Source: an uncultured Planctomycetales bacterium (GTDB lineage: Bacteria; Omnitrophota; Gorgyraeia; Gygaellales; Profunditerraquicolaceae). Taken from it: 51,901 nucleotides of DNA. The notes below the pieces were generated by a model. The model saw only the letters and a list, made by a program, of their open reading frames with translations, ran no database searches and was not told the DNA's origin. Each line of letters begins with the position of its first letter. Positions within the stretch are counted from its first letter, which is position 1. The translations under genes and the position numbers were made by a program. Shown here one piece after another: positions 27,426-37,559 of the stretch. The DNA is taken from positions 1 to 51,901 of the forward strand of contig CAZQGT010000001.1 in the NCBI GenBank assembly GCA_964593005.1. Reading direction: 5' to 3'.

Positions 27426-28952
27426 ATGCAAGGTAGACCAAAAATTATCCCATTACCATTATTAGCAATATTGATTATGTTCGGTATCTTTTTGTATTTT
27501 AGCTGGTTTGTTTCTAGCCCGGTACGGGCGGCCAAGATAGATAGCTTTATTTTGTACAATACGGATGAAGTCTTCCGGTTTTATCTAGTCCGCTTATCAT
27601 TGCAAAGCGTGTTCGTATTTGTTAATTCATATGTCAGGCCAATATACATGATAATTGCCGCAATATTCTACAACTTACTTTCAGCTGGAATGCTTTCTTT
27701 GCGCTTGATGAATGTTTTATTTTCTTGCGCCTCGCTCTATATAATTTGGAAGTTATTAAACAAAATTGGAATTAAAGATAGCGTTTCGACCTTGGCTATC
27801 TTAGGTATCGCAACAAACCCGATTTATTTCCTGAATTCGATTTCTGTGCAGGCAGTAAATATGTTTTGTTTCTTTTTGGTAACAGCTACGTATTTATTCT
27901 ATTGCAAGAAATACCTGCTGTCTGTTATTGCCACGTCATTGTTGCCCCTAATAAGGCCGGAGGGGTATTTAAGTTTGTTCATATTGCCAATTTTTCTGTT
28001 AAAGGAGAATAGGCAGAACATTAAATATGCCATTTTGTTATTTTTACCGCTAATCGTTTGGGGGTTAGCAAATGTTTTATTGCTTGGGGATGGTCTCTTA
28101 AGCAGGCTATTTTATCAATCCTTGTTGGCGTCGCATAACGTTTTTGGCAAGTTCCCCTTAGGGCAAACATTATCAATGCGCCCAACCTTTACCATAACCC
28201 CGCTCGAGTTCTTATTATCTTCAGGCTACCCAGTCTTTTTATTATTTTTAATCGGTTTTGGCATTAAATTATTTGATAAAAGATATTCATTTATTTCTGT
28301 ATCTTTCCTCGCTTATTTTTTCTTCTATAGCGCTATGACTATAGTCGTAAATCTGGGTTTTGAGAAAATAAACGTTCACGGCATTATGGCGTTGGTATCA
28401 ACTCCGATTGTTCCGTTTTTAGTTTTATTTGCAGTTATTCCGGCAACAATATTAGAAAGGTGTAAGTCCACCGGAAGGTTCGTTGTAGTCCTTTTTACAG
28501 CCATTTTCATTTTAAGTAATTTAATTCAAATAACCGCATTCCGTCAGGACCCTGCCTTGCGCTGGCGGGCCATATTTAATCTTAAAGAAGAAAATGTTTT
28601 AAAGGATACGGCTAAATGGCTGGGTGAATATGCGAAAGAGAACGATACGGAGAGGCTGTATATATCTGTTGATGAAGCAACTCACAAATTTACCAATATT
28701 TTCCTTATTTATTTGCCCCCTGGGATAAAATTTTATATGCTTTCTGTTGAAGATAAGAATATTTCACTTATAGACTTAGAAACTATTAAGGTTTTGCCGT
28801 TTCGGCGCGAAGGTTCGGTTTATCTTAGCCGGAATAAGGGCTTGACTGATCTTGGCGGCCAAATTAAATGTAAACTAATTAAAGGGTTCGGCGATATTTC
28901 TTTATATTTTTATGCGTTAGAAAAGGCAGGAGATATTCAGCCAGGCATATGA
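27426..28952 (+). CDS. Polytopic membrane protein, ArnT/PMT-like GT-C glycosyltransferase candidate
   Basis: 508 aa and multi-pass. LRLMNVLFSCASLYIIWKLLNKIGIKDSVSTLAILGIATNPIYF matches the GT39-type helix pattern. Confidence 0.55.
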   Translation: MQGRPKIIPLPLLAILIMFGIFLYFSWFVSSPVRAAKIDSFILYNTDEVFRFYLVRLSLQSVFVFVNSYVRPIYMIIAAIFYNLLSAGMLSLRLMNVLFSCASLYIIWKLLNKIGIKDSVSTLAILGIATNPIYFLNSISVQAVNMFCFFLVTATYLFYCKKYLLSVIATSLLPLIRPEGYLSLFILPIFLLKENRQNIKYAILLFLPLIVWGLANVLLLGDGLLSRLFYQSLLASHNVFGKFPLGQTLSMRPTFTITPLEFLLSSGYPVFLLFLIGFGIKLFDKRYSFISVSFLAYFFFYSAMTIVVNLGFEKINVHGIMALVSTPIVPFLVLFAVIPATILERCKSTGRFVVVLFTAIFILSNLIQITAFRQDPALRWRAIFNLKEENVLKDTAKWLGEYAKENDTERLYISVDEATHKFTNIFLIYLPPGIKFYMLSVEDKNISLIDLETIKVLPFRREGSVYLSRNKGLTDLGGQIKCKLIKGFGDISLYFYALEKAGDIQPGI

Positions 28953-30607
28953 AAATAGACTGTTTGTTGGTGCATACACCGAAGATCCATAATTTTTACA
29001 AATTGATAGGCAGTCATATGTATTGTATGTTAATGCCAATGGGGCTGTTTGCTATAGGCGATATGGTAGCAAAAGAAGGGTTAAGGGTACAGATTATGCA
29101 TTTAGGGGTTGAGAAAATAGAAGACCCTATGTTTTCATTTAAAGATTATTTGCGGCTTGTCCGTCCCAAGGTCGTCGGGTTAAGTTTACATTGGCATCTT
29201 CAGTCCTATGATGTTATCCAGCTGGCCAAAGAGGCTAAGTCTTTTTCCCCTGATATTTTTGTTGTCCTGGGCGGATTTACAGCCAGTTATTTTCATAGGG
29301 AAATAATGGATGAGTTTAGTTGTGTTGACGCGATTATCAGGGGTGATGGCGAGGTACCTTTTCTAGAATTAAGCAGAGAAGTAGCCATCCGGGGCAGGGA
29401 TTTATCTAAGGTGCCAAATTTGACATGGCGGGATGAAGGGGAAACCAGGGCTAACCGCATAAATTATGTCGCTAAGGATGAAGACTTGAGTAATTTAAAT
29501 TTTACAAATATGGAATTGTTGAAAAACTATCCTGCGTACAGGGATATCTCTACGCTGCGCCCTTACTGGATAAATGGATTGTCTAAAATGAGCAACTTGG
29601 CGCTTTGTTATCCTAAGTATAAGGCATTTCCCATATCCATATCTAGAGGTTGTCCTGTCAATTGTACTTATTGCGGCGGGGGGAGCGACGCCCAGGAGTT
29701 AATAAATGGCAGAAGAGGGATAGCTGTGCGTTCAGTAGAGAAGGTCGTGGGCTCTATAAAAGAAGTAAGAAGATATGGTTATGATACCATCCACATTAAT
29801 TATCTTCCCTTTGGTGGTAAGCCGTACTATTTTCAGGAGTTGTTTTATGCTATAAAGGACGAAGGAATAAAAATAAATTGTATAATGGAGTGTTGGTCCT
29901 TGCCGCCTAAAGAAGTTATTGCTGCGTATAAGAAGACATTTACAGACCACAGGTTTTCAATAATAATTTCTCCCGAATCCGCTTCGGAGAATACAAGAAA
30001 AGCCTGCAAGGGTTTTTATTTTAGTAATGAGGAGTTATTTGAATTCCTCACTTTTACCAAGGAGGCCGAAATATCAGTATCGTTATTCTTTAATATTGGC
30101 CTGCCGGGTGAAACTCTCGGGGATTTTAAAAGGACTTCAGATTTTCAGAGAAAACTGGTAAATAGGTTTGGGCGGCATGTTAGTTGTCAGACTGCGACTG
30201 CTGAAATAGATCCTGCTTCACCTGCTTGCAATAATCCCGGGAAGTTTGGTATAACAAGGCCCAGTCTATCTTTTCAAGACTATTTTAATACGCACAGCCT
30301 AAGGAATAATTCACCATTTTCAGCTTACAGAATAGCTTGTTGTACGCGGGCCAATAATAAAATTCTGAAATCAGAAAGAATGAACATAGATTTATCCAAG
30401 AAGCAGATACAGGGCATTGTTTGTAACGAATTCTGCCCGCTCTCAAATCTTATATGCGTTAAATTTAGAATAAATAACCTTGTTTTTGCCCGGAAGGCAA
30501 TCAATTTGTTATCAAGGGTTTGCTGCAATGCCGCATTTCTCTACTGGAAGCTGCGTTCTTTAATAACTAAGTGCAATAACAAACATAGTAATTTAATACA
30601 GGCATAA
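28949..30607 (+). CDS. B12-binding-domain radical SAM protein 6, with a Cys-rich C-terminal extension
   Basis: CLLVHTPK, PKVVGLSL, VVLGGFTASY and IRGDGEVPFLEL, then SRGCPVNCTYC. The last ~150 aa carry about 10 Cys (ACNNPG, IACCTR, VCNEFCPLSNLIC, RVCCNA). Confidence 0.85.
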   Translation: MKIDCLLVHTPKIHNFYKLIGSHMYCMLMPMGLFAIGDMVAKEGLRVQIMHLGVEKIEDPMFSFKDYLRLVRPKVVGLSLHWHLQSYDVIQLAKEAKSFSPDIFVVLGGFTASYFHREIMDEFSCVDAIIRGDGEVPFLELSREVAIRGRDLSKVPNLTWRDEGETRANRINYVAKDEDLSNLNFTNMELLKNYPAYRDISTLRPYWINGLSKMSNLALCYPKYKAFPISISRGCPVNCTYCGGGSDAQELINGRRGIAVRSVEKVVGSIKEVRRYGYDTIHINYLPFGGKPYYFQELFYAIKDEGIKINCIMECWSLPPKEVIAAYKKTFTDHRFSIIISPESASENTRKACKGFYFSNEELFEFLTFTKEAEISVSLFFNIGLPGETLGDFKRTSDFQRKLVNRFGRHVSCQTATAEIDPASPACNNPGKFGITRPSLSFQDYFNTHSLRNNSPFSAYRIACCTRANNKILKSERMNIDLSKKQIQGIVCNEFCPLSNLICVKFRINNLVFARKAINLLSRVCCNAAFLYWKLRSLITKCNNKHSNLIQA

Positions 30608-31254
30608 TGGATTTCGTTAATAAAACAAGAGTCTATAATAAAATTCCTCGTTTTTATGATACGTGGATTAATTTTTGGAGCGGCCTGGTTGGCGGTGGCA
30701 ATCAAATGAGAAACTGCGCGATATCCTTACTTGCCTTAGTTCCTGAAGACAGGGTCATTGACATATGCTGTGGTTCGGGGGATTTGGCTTTAATGATACG
30801 TAGCAAAGTGAAAAACGGAGAGGTTATAGGTTTGGATGCTTCACCGGCGTTGCTTAGGCTAGCAAGGCTCAAAGATACATTATCGCAGGTTATATTTTTA
30901 GAAGCAAATGCTTTAAGTATATCTTATCCAGATGAGTATTTTGATAAGGTGGTAATTTGCGGCGCCTTGCATGAAATGTCAAGAAAGATAAGGCAGAAGG
31001 TATTAAGGGAAATGTATAGGGTGACGAAACGAGGGGGGAGAGTTCTTGTCGTGGAACCAGCTTATCCACGGAAATCAAAGAAGGCGAAGCTAATTTTTCA
31101 CCTTCTGTTTAATTTCCTGAATCCTGAAAGTATAACCCTGAATGATATGCTTAAGGTGGGGGTGGTTAAGGAAATAGAGGAGAGTGGTTTGCTTGTGGTT
31201 GAGCAGAAATTCAGTAATTTGGGGATTATGCAGCATATTTTATCAAAGAAATAA
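30607..31254 (+). CDS. Class I SAM-dependent methyltransferase (UbiE/COQ5-like pattern)
   Basis: VIDICCGSGDLAL, FDKVVICGALHEM, GGRVLVVEP. TAATG overlap with the previous gene. Confidence 0.8.
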   Translation: MDFVNKTRVYNKIPRFYDTWINFWSGLVGGGNQMRNCAISLLALVPEDRVIDICCGSGDLALMIRSKVKNGEVIGLDASPALLRLARLKDTLSQVIFLEANALSISYPDEYFDKVVICGALHEMSRKIRQKVLREMYRVTKRGGRVLVVEPAYPRKSKKAKLIFHLLFNFLNPESITLNDMLKVGVVKEIEESGLLVVEQKFSNLGIMQHILSKK

Positions 31255-31329
31255 GAAAATATCCTTCTTCTTTGATCGCGTATTGGATTGTGTTAAGATT
31301 ATTAAATGGAACAGAAAAGTTGAACATTT

Positions 31330-31968
31330 ATGATAGATATGCGTCCGGTCCTACGATTGTTTGAGAGAAAGTTCCTAAACCTTTTCCCGAGATACCTGTC
31401 TTTGCCTACAAAGTTATTCCCACATTTGTTTGATGAAATGGATTTATTTTTCTTGCCGAGGATTACAGGTAAAAGAATACTGGATATAGGTACCGGTCTC
31501 TCTCCATACCCTATAAGATTTGTAAAAGAAAGGCCCGAGGTAAGCTCAATGGTAGGTTTGGATATATCTGAGAATTTACTCCGAAAAGCTAAGAATTTAG
31601 CAAGAGATCAAAATGTGGGCAATCAAATAAAATTTGTGAGGGCAGATGCCCATGCGTTAAGTTTTTCGAATGATACCTTTGATTGCATTTTTAGCATAGG
31701 TTCCCTTAACTTATGGAACAATCCCATACTTGTGTTAAATGACGCCTACCGTGTTTTAAAACCAGGCGGAAAGTTTTTTCTTTTGGACCAATGTAGAGCA
31801 AAGTCCATGGAAGAGATAGTGGAAGCCTTATTTAAGCGCGGATTTTTTGGAATTGGATTAGTTGCTTATTCGGAAAATGAAATCCGGTATTTTATCAGAA
31901 AAAGCGCATTCAAAGATTGTGATATAAAAATAGAAAACATGGTTATTTATATCGAGATGAAAAAATAG
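31330..31968 (+). CDS. Class I SAM-dependent methyltransferase
   Basis: ILDIGTGLSPYP, FDCIFSIGSLNLW, LKPGGKFFLLD. Confidence 0.8.
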   Translation: MIDMRPVLRLFERKFLNLFPRYLSLPTKLFPHLFDEMDLFFLPRITGKRILDIGTGLSPYPIRFVKERPEVSSMVGLDISENLLRKAKNLARDQNVGNQIKFVRADAHALSFSNDTFDCIFSIGSLNLWNNPILVLNDAYRVLKPGGKFFLLDQCRAKSMEEIVEALFKRGFFGIGLVAYSENEIRYFIRKSAFKDCDIKIENMVIYIEMKK

Positions 31969-32010
31969 ATTAAGATAGACGTAAGCTAGCTAATGAATGG
32001 AGATTGAAAT

Positions 32011-33522
32011 ATGTCTTTATTTAAAGTGGTATTGATAAATCCTGATTCGCCATTAAGGCAGGCTACTGGCAACCTTAAGAGGTTTGTTACTCCTGTGCCC
32101 CCTTTGGGGATCGCCTGCATTGCCGCTGTTTTAGAGAAGAATGGCATGGAAGTGGTAGTTTTTGACCAGGTTGCAAATAGCATGAGCAATGCAGAGCTTG
32201 CCCAGAGGGTTAGAGAAGAATCTCCCGGTCTTATAGGGATCTCCTGCCTTACTCCGGTTATGAATAATGTTAAGGCGCTTGTAGGCCAGATCAGGTCCTT
32301 CTCCAGGAATATCCCGATTGTCCTGGGGAATACCCATGCTACTGTATTTGCAGATGAGCTATTAAAACATGGGATAGCAGACATCATTGTTTCCGGAGAA
32401 GGGGAAGATAGCATGCTCGAAGTCTCTCTGGCAATTAAAGGAAATAAAAGCCTGGAGGGTATTAAGGGAATCAGCTTCGTCCGGGGTAGGCTAAATTACC
32501 ATAATCCGCCAAGAGAATCTGCCAGAGACCTGGATGAATTTCCCTATCCTGCTTGGCATTTGCTTAATTTAAAAGATTACGAGAAATGCCCCTTGCTTTG
32601 TCTTGATGAGGGGCTTACTGTGCCGATCCAGGCCTCCAGAGGCTGTTTTTATCATTGCACTTTTTGTTCTCAGGACCAGATATTTAAGAAATTCCGATAT
32701 CGGCAAGTAGATAAGGTGATAAATGAAATAGAATATTTTTACCAGCGTTTCGGGGTCAGCCGTTTTGTATTTATTGATGCGAACTTCCCTTTTTCAAAAG
32801 AATACGGGTTAAAGTTTTGTGATGAATTTATCAGGCGCGGTTTGCACAAGAAAATAAAATGGCTTACCGAAACACGGGTAGACCTTGTAGACCTTGAGTT
32901 GTTAAAGAGGATGAAAGAGGCTGGCCTGCATTTAATAATGTATGGATTTGAAGTAGGCAACCAGGGAATTCTTGATAGCATACAAAAGAAAACTACGCTT
33001 GGCCATGCGAGAAGGGCAATGGAATTAACTAAAAAAACCGGGATATATACATTGGGTTTATTCATTTTGGGGATGCCCGGCGAAACCCGGCAGACATGCG
33101 AAGAGACAATAAGGTTTGCCAAGGAGTTGGATTGTGATGTTGCCAAGTTTAATATTGCCGTGCCTTTGCCGGGGTCAAAGTTTTTTGAAGATTATAAGGA
33201 AAAAATTAAGAATAAAGACCCTGAAACATTTACAAGCTGGTATGATTGGGTGCCTTTTTCCGGAAAGCTGCTTTATGTCCCCGAAGGGATGACAGATTAT
33301 GAGCTGAAGAATTTACAGCGCAAAGCGATGTTTGAGTTCTACTTGAGGCCACGCTTGATTCTAAGGCATGTCCTCAATGGCACAATTTCATTCAGAAATA
33401 TGTGGCATGGGGCGAATATATTAATTAGCGGTTTCTTCAGGATGGCAGTTTGTTCCTTTATGAACTTGCCGGTCCTAAGGAATCTTAAAAATAAAAATTC
33501 TAGGTTCGAAAATTACGGATAA
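32011..33522 (+). CDS. B12-binding-domain radical SAM protein 7
   Basis: KVVLINPD, PGLIGISC, IVLGNTHATV and VSGEGEDSMLEV, then SRGCFYHCTFC. Confidence 0.88.
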   Translation: MSLFKVVLINPDSPLRQATGNLKRFVTPVPPLGIACIAAVLEKNGMEVVVFDQVANSMSNAELAQRVREESPGLIGISCLTPVMNNVKALVGQIRSFSRNIPIVLGNTHATVFADELLKHGIADIIVSGEGEDSMLEVSLAIKGNKSLEGIKGISFVRGRLNYHNPPRESARDLDEFPYPAWHLLNLKDYEKCPLLCLDEGLTVPIQASRGCFYHCTFCSQDQIFKKFRYRQVDKVINEIEYFYQRFGVSRFVFIDANFPFSKEYGLKFCDEFIRRGLHKKIKWLTETRVDLVDLELLKRMKEAGLHLIMYGFEVGNQGILDSIQKKTTLGHARRAMELTKKTGIYTLGLFILGMPGETRQTCEETIRFAKELDCDVAKFNIAVPLPGSKFFEDYKEKIKNKDPETFTSWYDWVPFSGKLLYVPEGMTDYELKNLQRKAMFEFYLRPRLILRHVLNGTISFRNMWHGANILISGFFRMAVCSFMNLPVLRNLKNKNSRFENYG

Positions 33523-33523
33523 G

Positions 33524-34945
33524 ATGAATGTCCTTTTGATTTCTGTCCCTACAATTAGGATCAGGTATAATATAAGCGGTGTTTTTCCTTTGCCTCCTTT
33601 GGGCCTGGCATACATCGCTGCAATTTTGAAAAACAGCGGTTTTGCCGTAGAGATATTAGATATGGATGTTTTGAGAATTAAATTAAGCGATCTTTCTTCG
33701 CGCTTAAAGGGATGCGATTATCCGGTTGTCGGGGTGAGCTGCCGCAGTATTTTTAGTTTGGGGGATGCTATCAGAATAATAAAGGAAATTAAATCGGTAT
33801 TACCCGGCAGTACGGTTATAGGGGGAGGGCCGGGTTTTATGTTTTCGCCGGAAATAATCTTTAAGCATATGCCGGGTTGCGACATAATTGTCCATGGCGA
33901 AGGCGAAGATACCATGTTAAATTTATGCAGTAGGTTAAAAACAGGAAACAAAGATTTGAGCGCTTTAGAAGGTATTTCTTACCGGAGTGGAGAGCAGATT
34001 ATTTCCAGGTCAAGGCAGCATTATTTGGACCTTGATAAACTTCCGCTTCCTGCCAGGACGTTATTGCCGAATAGCTGCTATAGAATGCATCCTCCGTTTG
34101 GGGTTTATCCTCCCGCGACTTTAATGGAAACAAGCAGGGGGTGTGAGTATGGCTGTACTTTTTGCTCTTTACGCAGGCCGGTAAAAGGAAGGTCAGTGCA
34201 TCAGGTGATAGATGAAATTCAGGGATTGATCAGGGAATATGGGGTAAAAGAAGTACAGTTTATAGACCCTAATTTTACTTATGACCAAAAAAGGATAATG
34301 GATTTATGCCGCCAATTAATAGACAGGAAAATTAAAGTCAGATGGACCTGTAAAACCCGGATTGACTTAGTATCTGAAGAGTTACTTAAGGCGATGTCTC
34401 AGGCGGGTTGCTATATGATTTCCTACGGAGTGGAATCAGGGTCCCAGAAGATTCTGGATACACTGGACAAGGGAATTACCATTGAAGAGACAGAGCGGGT
34501 TTTTCGTTTAACCAGGCAGGCAAAGATTAAGACCCTGGCTTATGTAATCATCGGCTCTCCCGGAGAGGATGATAATACGGTTAAGCAAACCACGGATTTT
34601 CTTATAAAGCTAAAGGCAGATTTTGTTTTATTCGGTGAACTATTGCCTGGGCTTAATTCTATTTTGGTTAAGCAGACAATAGGCAAGAAGATGTTCAGCG
34701 AAGAAGACCTGTTTGATTTTTATGTATTCGGAAAGAATATATTTGATAGAAATAACTTTAGCCATATCTCTCAGGTTAAGATTAAAAAGTGGCTGATAAT
34801 GGCATATAAGTCATTTTATTTAAGGCCGGGTTATTTTATTCAATGTCTCATAAAATTAAGGAATGCGCAGGAATTAGTTTGTTTGGCCAAAGGCGCCTGC
34901 CTTTTGCTCCTTGATACATTTAAGAAAAAATCCAAGGTTTTTTAA
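33524..34945 (+). CDS. B12-binding-domain radical SAM protein 8
   Basis: NVLLISVP, YPVVGVSC, TVIGGGPGFM and VHGEGEDTMLNL, then SRGCEYGCTFC. Confidence 0.88.
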   Translation: MNVLLISVPTIRIRYNISGVFPLPPLGLAYIAAILKNSGFAVEILDMDVLRIKLSDLSSRLKGCDYPVVGVSCRSIFSLGDAIRIIKEIKSVLPGSTVIGGGPGFMFSPEIIFKHMPGCDIIVHGEGEDTMLNLCSRLKTGNKDLSALEGISYRSGEQIISRSRQHYLDLDKLPLPARTLLPNSCYRMHPPFGVYPPATLMETSRGCEYGCTFCSLRRPVKGRSVHQVIDEIQGLIREYGVKEVQFIDPNFTYDQKRIMDLCRQLIDRKIKVRWTCKTRIDLVSEELLKAMSQAGCYMISYGVESGSQKILDTLDKGITIEETERVFRLTRQAKIKTLAYVIIGSPGEDDNTVKQTTDFLIKLKADFVLFGELLPGLNSILVKQTIGKKMFSEEDLFDFYVFGKNIFDRNNFSHISQVKIKKWLIMAYKSFYLRPGYFIQCLIKLRNAQELVCLAKGACLLLLDTFKKKSKVF

Positions 34946-34961
34946 TGAATCCATAATAAAA

Positions 34962-36458
34962 ATGAAGAAAAATACGGTTATTTATTTATTCCTCATAATC
35001 TTATCAGCTTTCTGCCTGAGGTTATTTAATCTGGGGGCAAAGTGTTTATGGTTTGATGAAGCCCTGGATGTCTATTATGTCTGGACTGAAGGCCTGCTTT
35101 TTCCCTCCGTGGCTTCAATCTCTCCCGCCTATAGTATACTTTTATATTTTTGGAAGGGGGTTGCGGGTAATGAATTTATGCTCAGATTGCCCTCTGCCAT
35201 TTTTAGCCTAAGTTCGGTTTATTTCATTTATTTATTTGCCTCTCTCGTATTTAACAAGAAAACAGGGTTGATAAGCGCGTTTATCCTGGCAATTTCTCCC
35301 TTTAGCTTGTATTATGCGCAAGAATGCAGGCCGTATTCTTTATCTTGCCTGCTGGTTTTATTAACTTCCTATTTTTTTGTAAAATGCCTGAAAATTAACA
35401 GAGTTGTTCATTGGGTTTGTTTTATATTTTTTTCGCTGCTAGGGGTATATACGCACTATGTTACGTTTTTGATTTTTTTTCTTGCAGATGTTTTCCTGTT
35501 AGTTAATTTCAAAAAATACAGCTATTTGAGAAAAAGGTGGTATATTGCAAACGCGGTTGTTTTAATCCTTGCCTTGCCTGCAGTTAAAATAATATTTTCA
35601 ACTCCATATCTTTATACTAATTGGTGGGTTCCTTCTGCAGGATGGCACTCCATTCCAATTACCTTGAAGAATTTTTCTATAGGGTATAATGCCCCGCTAT
35701 CTTTATATTCCAGCGCCTTTTTCGTATTTGCATTTTTGTTCGCATACGGAGCCATAAAATCCAGGAAAAATGAATTTTTCTGGTTTTTTATCGACTGTTT
35801 ATTCCTTCCGTTGTTTGCAGCGCTTTTGTTTTCGCTGCTGAAACCGTCTTATTATATAGACAGGCATCTAATTCCGTTTTCCGTATTTTTTTATATCTTA
35901 GCAGCATACGGGGCCTCTGTGATAAGAAGAAAGTACCTGTTCTCGTTCGTATTGGCGGGAATTTTGGCGGTTTCGTTAATAGCAATAAAGAATTATTACG
36001 CAAATTATCTGCCAAATTCTTTTATCCATCATATAGGAGTCCAGGAAGAAAAAGATGCAAGAAAATTGTCAGGTTATATTATGGATAATTTTAAACCCGG
36101 GGATGCGCTATGTTTCAGCGACGAAAATGCAATTCCCCAGCTTTGGTATTATCTCGGCCCGCATTATTTAAGGGGGACTTATAACACGGGCATTTTCAAG
36201 GAACTGGATAAGAAAATAATATTGGAATACGATAAAAAAGAAGATATAATCCTGGCATTTTCTTTTCTTAAGCCCAGTTCCCCGGGCTGCCATAAGCCGG
36301 TTAGTTTTTCTTTAGAGGGCTGCAACAGGATTTGGCTGGTTGCTTGTTATAACGAGAAGGAGTTAGTAGGGGCCCTGGACCGAAAATTTACCAGAAAAAG
36401 CTTGGTTAGTTTTAAAGGGGTAAGGGCATATCTTTTTCTTGTAGAGCAAAAGTTATAA
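34962..36458 (+). CDS. GT39-type (ArnT/PMT_2-like) GT-C membrane glycosyltransferase
   Basis: LRLFNLGAKCLWFDEA (first-loop acidic motif) and LRLPSAIFSLSSVYFIYLFASLVFNKKTGLISAFILAISPFSLYYAQECRPY are the best GT39-like match among the four paralogues. I prefer the ATG at 34962 (MKKNTVIYLF) to the TTG at 34911. Confidence 0.7.
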   Translation: MKKNTVIYLFLIILSAFCLRLFNLGAKCLWFDEALDVYYVWTEGLLFPSVASISPAYSILLYFWKGVAGNEFMLRLPSAIFSLSSVYFIYLFASLVFNKKTGLISAFILAISPFSLYYAQECRPYSLSCLLVLLTSYFFVKCLKINRVVHWVCFIFFSLLGVYTHYVTFLIFFLADVFLLVNFKKYSYLRKRWYIANAVVLILALPAVKIIFSTPYLYTNWWVPSAGWHSIPITLKNFSIGYNAPLSLYSSAFFVFAFLFAYGAIKSRKNEFFWFFIDCLFLPLFAALLFSLLKPSYYIDRHLIPFSVFFYILAAYGASVIRRKYLFSFVLAGILAVSLIAIKNYYANYLPNSFIHHIGVQEEKDARKLSGYIMDNFKPGDALCFSDENAIPQLWYYLGPHYLRGTYNTGIFKELDKKIILEYDKKEDIILAFSFLKPSSPGCHKPVSFSLEGCNRIWLVACYNEKELVGALDRKFTRKSLVSFKGVRAYLFLVEQKL

Positions 36459-36490
36459 TTTAGCGGAGGGGTCCGTATATTTTATCAAGC

Positions 36491-37054
36491 TTAATGATTA
36501 TTCCCCCAAGCTATTTTGAACTCCTCAGCCCTTTTGCCCCTTGATTCCACAGTTTCCCTGCCGCTTTTGAACCCTGTCAAACCGAGATTCCAGGCTTTAT
36601 GTATGATATCAAATATCTCTTCTTGTGTGGCGTTATTGGGGATATACTCCTGAAGATTCCTGAGCAGTAAATCGGCAAACGCCCGGTTTGCCAGTTCATA
36701 CAACTGATGAGAAGATAGTATGTCCTGCCAGCTACAATCTTTAAAATCAGGGTACAGTCGCCGCACATCTTCATAGGCTTCAGGGCTTAAACCGTATGTC
36801 CCGAATCCGCGTGCATCAGGGTGCATATATGCAGGAGGGATATCTTCCGGCGGAGAAGTCGGTTCAGGGCTCTCCAAATATGTTAAACCAAGTCTTAAAT
36901 ACCCCCATAATTGATCGTTTACATATAGGAATTGAGACGTAAATAACAACGGCTTGGCTGGCGTTAGATATTCAGTTGATAAGGGTTTAGCCCATAGAGT
37001 TGTTATTAATAAGAAGGGTAGAACTATGCCTGTAATCCACATCCCCTTAAACAT
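36491..37054 (-). CDS. Hypothetical secreted protein (the only minus-strand gene in the island)
   Basis: 187 aa with a signal-peptide-like N-terminus (WITGIVLPFLLITTLWA). GAGG lies 5 nt upstream of the ATG. No family recognised with confidence. Confidence 0.6.
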   Translation of the reverse strand: MFKGMWITGIVLPFLLITTLWAKPLSTEYLTPAKPLLFTSQFLYVNDQLWGYLRLGLTYLESPEPTSPPEDIPPAYMHPDARGFGTYGLSPEAYEDVRRLYPDFKDCSWQDILSSHQLYELANRAFADLLLRNLQEYIPNNATQEEIFDIIHKAWNLGLTGFKSGRETVESRGKRAEEFKIAWGNNH

Positions 37055-37530
37055 AGGGACCTCATCTTAAGAACTCCGGCATTAGCAACGTATGCCAGGG
37101 CGGATGAGCTTCTCCTATGCCTAAAAGGAGTGATTACAAAAAACCCCAAAAAGGCAAGTTATTTTAGGGTTTTTAAACGCTCTTTGGTAGCTCCACTATC
37201 CCGCAGGGGACTGGAAGCTTTGCGTCCCAGCATTGCTGCTAGTTTGCCTTTGTCAGTAGCTAAAAGCGCCTGATTGTTTTACATCTTTACTTCTAAGAGA
37301 AGTATGCACTATTTTTTATTAATTTGCAAATTTATTATCAAAAGAAGAGTCCGTTTCTATGTATAACAAGGGCAGGGGATGTCTGGCCTAGCGGATTGAT
37401 AAACTGCTATTATTCTAAGGCGGTAATGGTATAATTAAAAATATAAATAGCTGTACGATATTTTACCAGGGCTTTCTGCGGCTTGATAAATGCGCAATTT
37501 TACCCATGTAGCTATAAGATCCGCCAAGCC

Positions 37531-37559
37531 TTGACAATAGGTATTTTTTGTGTTAAAAA
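37531..37559 (+). promoter_or_regulatory. Putative promoter (TTGACA-17-TAAAAA) for the repeat-protein gene
   Basis: Perfect -35 at 37531-37536 and an A/T-rich -10-like hexamer at 37554-37559. Identified by eye only. Confidence 0.3.

Noticed and set aside
31986-33146. Minus-strand ORFs 31986-32414 and 32739-33146
   Set aside because: These are antisense shadows of rSAM-B paralogue 7, with no recognisable domains.
37365-37440. tRNA-like start (GCAGGGGATGTCTGGCCTAGCGG) in the intergenic region
   Set aside because: There is no T-arm (GTTCRANYC-like) and no matching 3' acceptor strand, so a cloverleaf cannot be drawn.
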